Below are positions 50,790 through 58,425 of a stretch of DNA of 64,000 nt, piece by piece. Source of the DNA: an uncultured Gemmatimonadales bacterium (GTDB taxonomy: Bacteria > Gemmatimonadota > Gemmatimonadetes > Longimicrobiales > RSA9); assembly GCA_963741945.1 (NCBI GenBank), contig CAVUKA010000001.1:576001-640000 (forward strand). Direction: 5' to 3'. The first letter of the stretch is position 1. Every line of letters starts with the position of its first letter. Made by a program: the position numbers and the translations under genes. The notes under the pieces were generated by a model. The model did not search any database. It worked only from the letters and a program-made list of their open reading frames with translations, and was not told the DNA's origin.

Positions 50790-51739
50790 CGCCCCACCGT
50801 CTCCCGTTCGATGTATTCCAGCGTGCGACGCAGTCCGTCGCGCAGCTCCGTCCGCGGCTGCCACCCGGTCGCCCGCAGCTTCGACGCATTCAGCGACGAG
50901 TGCAGCAGCTCCCCCGGCCGCGCGGCCGCGTGCTCCACCGCCACTTCGCCGCCCGCCGCGGCCATCACTTCCGCCGCCAGCGCGTTCACCGATGTCTCGA
51001 CGCCGGTCCCCACGTTGTAGGCGCGCTCGTCGACGTTCGTTCCCGCCGGCCCGAGCGGCAGGCTGGCCGCCAGCAGGTTGGCCGCGACCACGTCGCCCAC
51101 GTACACGTAGTCGCGCGTCTGCTCACCGTCCCCGTAGACCGTGAGCGGGCGCCCGGCCAGGATGCGCTGACCGAAGATCGCCACCACGCCCGCCTCGCCG
51201 TGCGGGTCCTGGCGCGGACCGTAGACGTTGGAGTAGCGAAGCGCCACGTACTCCAGCCCGTGCACCCGGGCGTAGTAGTACAGGTAGTGCTCCCCGGCCA
51301 GCTTCGTAACGCCGTACGGCGACGCCGGCAGCTTCGGCGCGGCCTCCGGCGTGGGCCGCTCCTCCGGCTCCCCGTAGACCACGCCGCCCGAGCTGATGTA
51401 GACCACGCGGGCGTGGTGGCGCCGTGCGCCTTCCAGCACGTTCAGCAGCCCGTCGATGTTCGTGCGCGCGTCCCGGCGAGGATCCGCCACGCTCACCCGC
51501 ACGTCGATCTGCGCCGCGTGGTGGCTCACCACGTCGAACCGGACACGGTCGAACAGCTCGCCCACCCCGGAGTTCCCGATCCCCATGTGGTGGAACTCCG
51601 CGCCTGCCGGCAGGTTCGACTCCCGCCCGCTCGACAGGTCGTCGACGATCCAGACCCGGTCGCCTTCCGACAGGAACGCGTCCGCCACGTGGCTCCCGAT
51701 GAACCCCGCTCCGCCCGTCACCAGCACGTTACGCCCCAT
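50786..51739 (-). CDS. NAD-dependent epimerase/dehydratase (UDP-glucose 4-epimerase-like)
   Basis: VTGGAGFIGSH, PYGVTK, RYSNVYGPRQ and QTRDYVYV motifs. Confidence 0.92.
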   Translation of the reverse strand: MGRNVLVTGGAGFIGSHVADAFLSEGDRVWIVDDLSSGRESNLPAGAEFHHMGIGNSGVGELFDRVRFDVVSHHAAQIDVRVSVADPRRDARTNIDGLLNVLEGARRHHARVVYISSGGVVYGEPEERPTPEAAPKLPASPYGVTKLAGEHYLYYYARVHGLEYVALRYSNVYGPRQDPHGEAGVVAIFGQRILAGRPLTVYGDGEQTRDYVYVGDVVAANLLAASLPLGPAGTNVDERAYNVGTGVETSVNALAAEVMAAAGGEVAVEHAAARPGELLHSSLNASKLRATGWQPRTELRDGLRRTLEYIERETVGR

Positions 51740-51754
51740 CCAGCCCCTCCCGCA

Positions 51755-51859
51755 GATGTACGACGGCGGCCCGGCTCCGCTCTCCACGGGCACCGTGCCG
51801 CCTCTTCGGCCTCGGATGTACGACGGCGGCCCACCGCCTCCCGGCAGCGGCGGCCGCCG
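51755..51859. repeat. Two 18-bp direct repeats, each leading into a GC hairpin
   Basis: gatgtacgacggcggccc at 51755 and 51815 (60-nt period). Confidence 0.75.
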
Positions 51860-51886
51860 CGCAACCCGCTCGGGTCACTCAGTTCC

Positions 51887-53038
51887 TCATGGCATCTTCC
51901 GGACCCGACGGACCCGGATCCCGTCCTCCAGCTCCGGCACCAGCACCCGGTCCACTTTCACCGTGGCGGAGGCATCCGATACGTGCACCACCCGCAGCAC
52001 GCCCACCGTCTCCGCCGGCAGCTGCTCGCGGTCCTGGCCCCAGGCCGCCACTCCCCCCTCCCGCGAGGCGCGCTCGGGCAGGTACGCGATGAACTCGTCG
52101 CCCACCTGCACGCCGTCCCGGCCGCCCAGGTCGATGAAGCCCTGGTCCGTCGGACCGTAGAGCACCTGCCGGTCCACGAACCGCACCAGGCGACCCTCCA
52201 GGTCGCCGCCCCCCTCCACCGGCGCCGACGCCTCCGCCTGGAAGTCCGGGAACATCTCGAGAGGGATCACCAGCTGACCCCGCTCCACCGGCGCGAACTG
52301 GCCGTTCAGGCGCGCCTGCATCACTTCGTCATCCAGCTCCAGGACGTCCACCATGCCCGTCGGGATGATCGCTCGGCCGCCCAGGACCCGCTCGCCCACC
52401 GACACCACCAGCAGCCGGTCGCCCACGCGCGGGCGCGTCGACGATGCGTACGACACGAACAGCAGGTCCTTCGGGTGCGCGGTGGAGATGATCCCGCTCG
52501 CATCGCCCATCTGCCGCTGCGGCCGGACCACCTGGCCATAGGCGCCCAGCGCGGCCGGGTCCGCCACGAACGGCGCCGTCGCGAATTCCGCCGGCGTCAC
52601 CGGCAGCAGCGGCATCGTGGGATCGCTCAGCACCGTCGGCCGGGACGAGCCCGGCGACTGCGCGGACGCCTGGTAGAACACGCTGCGGAGCGGCCGCTCC
52701 CGTGGCAGCGCTTCCGGCCGCACCGCCGCCGCCGTGGCGTCGCGCGCCACGGCATGGAAAAGCCCCGGGATGATCAGCACTTCGCGTGGATAGATCCAGT
52801 GCGGGTCCTCCACCACTCCCGTGTTGGCCTTGTAGATGGTCGGCCACTGGAACGGGTCGTGGAAGTAGAACCCCGCGAGGTCCCAGAGGGTGTCCCCCCT
52901 CTTCACCACGTGGTCCACCGGCTCCTGCGCCTGCCACGTCTTCACTGTGTCCGGCTGTGCCGGCTCCCCCAACGGTTCCTGCGCCTGCAACGGGAGCGCG
53001 ACCAGCAGCCCGACGAGGCTCACGGTCACCAGTTTCAT
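51887..53038 (-). CDS. LysM peptidoglycan-binding exported protein
   Basis: Signal peptide, then HVVKRGDTLWDLA..WPTIYKAN..EDPHWIYP. Confidence 0.9.
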   Translation of the reverse strand: MKLVTVSLVGLLVALPLQAQEPLGEPAQPDTVKTWQAQEPVDHVVKRGDTLWDLAGFYFHDPFQWPTIYKANTGVVEDPHWIYPREVLIIPGLFHAVARDATAAAVRPEALPRERPLRSVFYQASAQSPGSSRPTVLSDPTMPLLPVTPAEFATAPFVADPAALGAYGQVVRPQRQMGDASGIISTAHPKDLLFVSYASSTRPRVGDRLLVVSVGERVLGGRAIIPTGMVDVLELDDEVMQARLNGQFAPVERGQLVIPLEMFPDFQAEASAPVEGGGDLEGRLVRFVDRQVLYGPTDQGFIDLGGRDGVQVGDEFIAYLPERASREGGVAAWGQDREQLPAETVGVLRVVHVSDASATVKVDRVLVPELEDGIRVRRVRKMP

Positions 53039-53156
53039 GGTGGCCCTCCTTCCAGAGCGGGTCCTCTTCGCGTGCGGGCCGCGCGGATGCATCCCGGGAT
53101 TCGGTTTCGACCGGATCACCCCGGGCGGCAGCCGCTGCGGTAGGGAGAACACGGCA

Positions 53157-53185
53157 AAGCTAGGCGGCCGATGATGCGGTGTCAA
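53157..53185 (-). promoter_or_regulatory. Putative sigma70 promoter for the LysM-galE-tol-pal genes
   Basis: TTGACA-N17-TAGCTT on the minus strand. Confidence 0.6.
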
Positions 53186-53273
53186 CGCGCACGACTGCGC
53201 ACGCCGTGGAGCGGATAACGCGTTGACACGGCGCCACCTCGACGCGCAGCGCCTCCATCCGCGCCCCGCGCTG

Positions 53274-53738
53274 CTAGCCCTTCGCGTCCATCCGCCGCTT
53301 CAGCACCAGCGCGTCCTCCCGCGGCCGCGAGTAGTAGTTTCGCCGCCGCCCCACCTCCTGGAAGCCGTGGCGCGCGTAGAGTCTCCGCGCCGATTCGTTG
53401 GACACGCGCACCTCCAGGAACAGCTCCCGCACCCCCCGCTCCGTCACGCACTCGAACACCGCGCCGAGCAGCCGCTCCCCCACCCCACGCCGCCGGTGCT
53501 CCTCCGCCACCGCGATGTCGCCCAGCTCAGCCTGGTCCAGCACCACCCACAGCGCCGCGTACCCCACCACCTCGTCCCCGAGCTCGGCCACGAACAGGTG
53601 CGCGTCCGATCGCCGCAGCAGCGACAGGAACGTCCCCATGGTCCACGGCACCGGGAACGATGCCCGCTCGATGGACAGCACGCCCCCCAGGTCCCGCTCC
53701 GTCATCGGACGGACGGTCACCTCTCCGACGCTCGCCAT
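53274..53738 (-). CDS. rimI: Ribosomal-protein-alanine N-acetyltransferase
   Basis: GNAT motifs IAV..HRRRGVG, LEVRVSNESA..LY..GF..RRNYY..EDAL. Confidence 0.93.
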   Translation of the reverse strand: MASVGEVTVRPMTERDLGGVLSIERASFPVPWTMGTFLSLLRRSDAHLFVAELGDEVVGYAALWVVLDQAELGDIAVAEEHRRRGVGERLLGAVFECVTERGVRELFLEVRVSNESARRLYARHGFQEVGRRRNYYSRPREDALVLKRRMDAKG

Positions 53739-54401
53739 CTAGCCTCTGACCCCCCGCTCCGCGCTCGACGCACGCACGTACGCCGGCTCCCACGCGCTCC
53801 CGTCCGCCACCTCCCCCGCCACCCGGTGCCTCGCCGCCAGCCACAGCAGCGTCGACGCCCGCGGGGGCGCCGGCGCCGTACCCACGCGCGCGCCCGCCGC
53901 GCGTAGCGCTCCCGCGTACTTCACCGCCCCGTCGCCCGCGTAGAGCGCGTCCCCCACACCCGCGAACGCTTCCGCCCGGTCCACCGACGGCGCCACCAGC
54001 GTCTCCAGCCGCTCCGCGTCCACACGCCAGGCGCCGCCGTAGCACTCCCCCCGCCGCGCGTCCAGCAGCGCGCACACCGGTCCGTCCCACGGCACGCCCG
54101 CCGCCACCACCAGCAGCGTCGAATAGGCGACGAGCGGGACGTCCAGCGCCGTCGCCAGCCCCTTGGCCGTCGCCCCCGCCACCCGCACCCCCGTGAACGA
54201 CCCCGGCCCCGCCCCCACCACCACCTCCCCGATGGCCGTGCGCTTCACGCCCGCAAGCGCCAGCGCCGCCTCCAGCGCCGGCAGCACCTTCTCCGCGTGC
54301 CTCGACTGCACGCCCACCCCCACTTCCGCCAGCACCCGGTCGTCCCGCGCCACCGCCACGCTCCCCAGCGCCGTGGCCGTTTCCACCGCCACCCGGATCA
54401 T
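53739..54401 (-). CDS. tsaB: tRNA threonylcarbamoyladenosine biosynthesis protein TsaB
   Basis: AVETAT, GPGSFTGVRV, LDARRGE and EPAYVR motifs. Confidence 0.94.
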   Translation of the reverse strand: MIRVAVETATALGSVAVARDDRVLAEVGVGVQSRHAEKVLPALEAALALAGVKRTAIGEVVVGAGPGSFTGVRVAGATAKGLATALDVPLVAYSTLLVVAAGVPWDGPVCALLDARRGECYGGAWRVDAERLETLVAPSVDRAEAFAGVGDALYAGDGAVKYAGALRAAGARVGTAPAPPRASTLLWLAARHRVAGEVADGSAWEPAYVRASSAERGVRG

Positions 54402-54979
54402 CGCCCGTCCTCCGCCGATCCGCCCGGTCCGATCAACTCCGGCGCGCTCCCCAGCCGGTCCATTGTCACCCGCCGCAGATGGCTCGCCCCCGCGTTCACG
54501 CGCGGTGGAGCGCCGCGGCGGCCGTCCCGGTCCGCATCATCGCCGGCACCGCCCGTGTCCGGATCGGACCCCCCCTCGACGAACGACAGCCTCACCTCCC
54601 ACCGGTCCGGCACCAGCAGCGCCTCCGCCCGCTCCGGCCACTCGATCAGCACGATCTCCTCTCCCTCCCCCAGCTCCCGCCAGCCCAGCTCCCACACGTC
54701 GTCCGCATCCTCCAGACGGTACAGGTCCAGGTGGTGCACCCGCACGCCACGCTCCCCCTCGTACGTGAACACCAGGTTGTACGTCGGCGACGGCATCGCC
54801 TGATGCACCCCCGCCCCCCGCGCCACCGCCCGCGCCAGCACCGACTTCCCCGAACCCAGCGGACCCCGCAGCGCCACCACCAGCGGCAGCCGCAGCGAGC
54901 CCCGCACCGCCAGCTCCCCGATCCGACGCCCCCACCCCTCCAGCGCCTCCTGGTCCACCGTCTCCCTCACCTCCGCCAT
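54398..54979 (-). CDS. tsaE: tRNA threonylcarbamoyladenosine biosynthesis ATPase TsaE
   Basis: GPLGSGKS, SPTYNLV, HLDLYRL and LIEWPER motifs. Confidence 0.94.
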   Translation of the reverse strand: MAEVRETVDQEALEGWGRRIGELAVRGSLRLPLVVALRGPLGSGKSVLARAVARGAGVHQAMPSPTYNLVFTYEGERGVRVHHLDLYRLEDADDVWELGWRELGEGEEIVLIEWPERAEALLVPDRWEVRLSFVEGGSDPDTGGAGDDADRDGRRGAPPRVNAGASHLRRVTMDRLGSAPELIGPGGSAEDGR

Positions 54980-55210
54980 CGACACGCCCCTCTCTCCCCT
55001 TCTCCGTTCCCTCAACGCCCTCCCCCAACATACTCCCCACCCCGCCCCCGCGCCCTCGCCACCTCCGCACCGCCGCGTGACCGTTGCGCTCGCCCATTTC
55101 GTTGCGCAGGTTGACTGTCAACCAGCGTCACACAAGCGTCACACGACCCCGGTGGCCCCGCCCATTCCGTGCGGGGCGCGTGGTCCCCTCCCGGGAGAGG
55201 CGGCCGCATC

Positions 55211-56962
55211 ATGGCGAAGCTCGACCTCCACCTGCTGGGCTCGCCGCGGGTCCTGGCCGATGGCGCCCGGGAGGTCCCGGGCATCCTGGGCAGCGCGAAG
55301 ATCATGGCGCTGCTGGCGTATCTGGCCACGTCACGGCCGGGGGCGCCGCGGCGCCGCGAGCTCATCACGGCGCTCCTCTGGCCCGAGCGGGACCGGCAGC
55401 ACGCGCGGCACGCCCTGCGCCAGCTCCTCACGCGTGTCCGTCACCTGGCGGGCGACGGCGTGCTGGCGTGCGACACGGAGGAGACGATCTGCCTTTCTCC
55501 CGCTGGCTGCTGGGCCGACACGGCGGCGCTGGAGGAGGCGCTGGCGCGCGGCCGCCTTGCCGGCGTCGTGGAATATTACACCGGTCCGTTCCTCGAGGGG
55601 TTCCACCTGTCGGAGTCGCCGGAGTTCGAGCGCTGGACGGACGAGCAGCGGCAGCGCTACGAGCGGGCGGCGCTGGACGCCGCCGACCGCCTGGCGGACG
55701 AAGCCAGGGCCGAGGCCGACCCGAAGGCGGAGGCGCGCTGGCTGGCGCGGGCGATCGAGATCGACGCGTTCAGCGAGCCGCACAGCGAGCGGCTGGTGGC
55801 GCTGCTCCTGGAAGTGGGCGAGCGCGGGCGCGCGCTGGCGGAGCGGGAGCGCCTCCGTCGTCGCGTGGAAGGCGACCTGGGGCTCTCCCTCGATGTCGAG
55901 CCGATCCCGCCCGAGCCCGGCGCCGGCCTCTTCCCCGGCGACCCCGGCGCGGGCCGCTCCCGCGGCGGCGCGCGCGGGCGGGGCAAGGCGCCCGGCCCCC
56001 TCACCGCGGGCGAGGAAGTGCGGCGCGGGCTCTTCCATTTCCGGCGCTGGCGCGTCGAGTCCGTTGAACGCGCCCTCGCCCACTTCAGCCGCGCCGCCGC
56101 TCTCGACCCCGACTCCGCCCCGGCCCACGCGGGCGTCGCGCTGGCGTACTGCACCCTCGGCCATTTCGGCCACCTCCCGCCGGACGTCGCCTTCCCCCGC
56201 GCGGAAGCCTCGGCCCGGCACGCCCTCGAGCTCGAGCCCGACCTCCCCGACGCCCACATGGCCCTCGGCATGAAGGCCCACGTCTACGACCGACGCGTCG
56301 GCGAAGCGCTCGACCGCCTCCATCACGCGCGCGACATCGCGCCGCACCTGCCCTTCCCGCACTGGGCCCTCGGGCTGGTCCACGCCAGCCTCCAGCAGCA
56401 CGACGAGGCCCGCGCCTCCATCCGCCACGCCCGCCTCCTCGACCCCGTCTCCATCCCCATCGGCACCGGCGAGGCCTGGGTCCACATCGGCGCCGGCGAC
56501 ATCGACCGCGCCGAGCGCCACGTCTGGGACACCCTCGAGCTCGACCCCGACGCGCCCCAGGCCCTCTGGCAGCTCGGCATGGTCCGCGAGCTCCAGGGCA
56601 ACCCCGCCGAGGCCGTCGGGCACCTCCGCCGCGCCCTCGATGCCTCCCCCGTCAACCCCCTCATCCTCGGCTCCCTCGGTCACGTCCTCGCCCGCGCCGG
56701 CGACGACGACGGCAGCCTCCGCATCCTCCAACGCCTCCGCAACGCCGCCGACCGCGGCCACTACATCCCCCACTTCGCCCTCGCCATGATCCACGCCGGC
56801 CGCGACGAGCCCGACCTCGCCCGCGTCGCCCTCCAGAACGCCCTCGATCAGCGCGACGGCCTCGTCGCCTTCCTCCTCCCCTGGCCCTTCACCCGCTCCC
56901 TCCACACCCACCCCTGGTTCGCCGACCTCGTCGACTCCCTCTTCCACGACATCCCCGCATAG
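55211..56962 (+). CDS. SARP/BTAD-domain transcriptional regulator with C-terminal TPRs
   Basis: LHLLG..ALLAYLA..RRELITALLWPE..ARHALRQ winged helix; YTGPFLEGF..EFERW BTAD; TPR array. Confidence 0.88.
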   Translation: MAKLDLHLLGSPRVLADGAREVPGILGSAKIMALLAYLATSRPGAPRRRELITALLWPERDRQHARHALRQLLTRVRHLAGDGVLACDTEETICLSPAGCWADTAALEEALARGRLAGVVEYYTGPFLEGFHLSESPEFERWTDEQRQRYERAALDAADRLADEARAEADPKAEARWLARAIEIDAFSEPHSERLVALLLEVGERGRALAERERLRRRVEGDLGLSLDVEPIPPEPGAGLFPGDPGAGRSRGGARGRGKAPGPLTAGEEVRRGLFHFRRWRVESVERALAHFSRAAALDPDSAPAHAGVALAYCTLGHFGHLPPDVAFPRAEASARHALELEPDLPDAHMALGMKAHVYDRRVGEALDRLHHARDIAPHLPFPHWALGLVHASLQQHDEARASIRHARLLDPVSIPIGTGEAWVHIGAGDIDRAERHVWDTLELDPDAPQALWQLGMVRELQGNPAEAVGHLRRALDASPVNPLILGSLGHVLARAGDDDGSLRILQRLRNAADRGHYIPHFALAMIHAGRDEPDLARVALQNALDQRDGLVAFLLPWPFTRSLHTHPWFADLVDSLFHDIPA

Positions 56963-57157
56963 CCCCCGCCGCTCGTCCGCAACACTCTCCACCCGGAGAG
57001 ATCTCCCGCAACGAAACACCACCCGCCGGCCGCGGGACGGTCGTGTGACGCACCCGTTCTAGATTGCGTCCATTCCAGCCGTTCCGGGGGACGCCGCGGG
57101 CGCGGAACACCCCCGGAACCAGTCCGTGACCTCCCATCCACAGATCAGGAGGCTGTC

Positions 57158-58306
57158 GTGACCAGACTGTCCGGCTTTCTCGGCCGTCACGTGTTCCAGC
57201 CCTCGGACCGGATCCTGAGCGACCTCGCGGCCGACACCGGTCGGGGTCACATTCTGCACCAGAAGCTGACGGCCAACCGGGAGCGGAACTGGCTGCTCGC
57301 GCTGACGCTGCACGCGTGCGACAAGCTTCGCATCGGCGCGCCGCTGTCGCAGGCGGAGGAAGTGATCGTGACCGCCCTGCTGGAGAGCGGGCTGGGCGAG
57401 GCGAAGCTGAAGGACCAGGGTCGGCTGTTCGCGGAGATGGACCGGGACGTCCGGAGCATGTTCTTCCCCGGCGAGTTCGCGGGCCTCACGTCGGATGGCG
57501 CGCTCACCTACAAGGAGATGGCGGCCTGGCTCGCGGGCATCCAGCACGAGCTGCTGGCGAAGGAGAACACGGTGGTGGTGGACGCCGCGGCGATCCTCGA
57601 CGACCGGCTCACCCTCGCCGACCGTCCCGCGCTCCCGCCCTCGCTCCTCGCCGCATACGGCTGCGGCCTCACTGTCGCCGCCGACCACGGCCGCCGCTCC
57701 CGCCCCACCATGAAGTGCGGCGTGAAGGCCACCTGCTTCAAATGCGACGACGAGACCGGCTGGGACCTGGCCGGCGCCGACGAGCCGTACTGGGTGTTCG
57801 GCGCCCTGGACATCGGCGGGAATCACCCGTCCACCGCCCGCAGCCGCGTCTTCCCCGACGTGGACACCGGCGAGTTCCGCAGGTTCACCCCCGCCGAAGG
57901 CCGTATCTGGGGCCCCGGCGGCGCGCCCATGGAGCTCCCTTCCACCCTCGCCGTCGTCGTCTCCCTCTGGGAGCACGTCGGCGGCACCCTCGAGGAGATG
58001 GACGCCGTCGTCCAGGGCGTCTACGGCGCCACCGCCCGTTACCTGGCCGCCCTACGCCGCGCCAGCGCCCCCATCGCCATCGTCGCCGGCGCCGGCTCCC
58101 TCATCACCTGGCTCGGCACCTTCCTCAACGAGGACTACATCGCCGACCACACGTTCATCCTCGGCCGCAGCGTCCTCGAGCACGCCGTCACCACCGGCGC
58201 CGGCGAGGCCCGCTTCCGCCAGCGCTTCACCGACGGCGATGGCGACTACGTCCTCGAGCTCGCCGTGACCCAGAGCCCCTGGATCAGCGACGGGACGGAG
58301 ATCTGA
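57158..58306 (+). CDS. Hypothetical protein (helical N-terminus, beta-rich C-terminal domain with hydrophobic insert)
   Basis: AGGAGG RBS before GTG at 57158, strong GC3 codon bias, followed by a hairpin. Confidence 0.8.
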   Translation: MTRLSGFLGRHVFQPSDRILSDLAADTGRGHILHQKLTANRERNWLLALTLHACDKLRIGAPLSQAEEVIVTALLESGLGEAKLKDQGRLFAEMDRDVRSMFFPGEFAGLTSDGALTYKEMAAWLAGIQHELLAKENTVVVDAAAILDDRLTLADRPALPPSLLAAYGCGLTVAADHGRRSRPTMKCGVKATCFKCDDETGWDLAGADEPYWVFGALDIGGNHPSTARSRVFPDVDTGEFRRFTPAEGRIWGPGGAPMELPSTLAVVVSLWEHVGGTLEEMDAVVQGVYGATARYLAALRRASAPIAIVAGAGSLITWLGTFLNEDYIADHTFILGRSVLEHAVTTGAGEARFRQRFTDGDGDYVLELAVTQSPWISDGTEI

Positions 58307-58309
58307 CGA

Positions 58310-58347
58310 CGGGCGGGCCCGGCGGCGGCGGCCGCCGGGCCCGCCCG
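58310..58347 (+). terminator. 17-bp GC hairpin directly after the stop codon
   Basis: cGGGCGGGCCCGGCGGC-ggcg-GCCGCCGGGCCCGCCCg; no U-tract. Confidence 0.55.
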
Positions 58348-58425
58348 GACAGCTCTGGAGAAACCGACGACCAACGGATGCAACCACACCAACGCCCGGA
58401 CCACCTTCACAAGGAAGAACCCCCG

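Noticed and set aside
54460-54570. Low-complexity insertion near the TsaE C-terminus
   Set aside because: Similar G/D/A-rich linkers occur in many proteins here (RpmE, AccB, FtsK); no specific signal.
57316-58425. N-terminal 370 aa of the 1096-aa ORF in the track
   Set aside because: Arg/Pro-rich off-frame shadow of the 57158-58306 gene; the true start is the lipoprotein signal at 58426.
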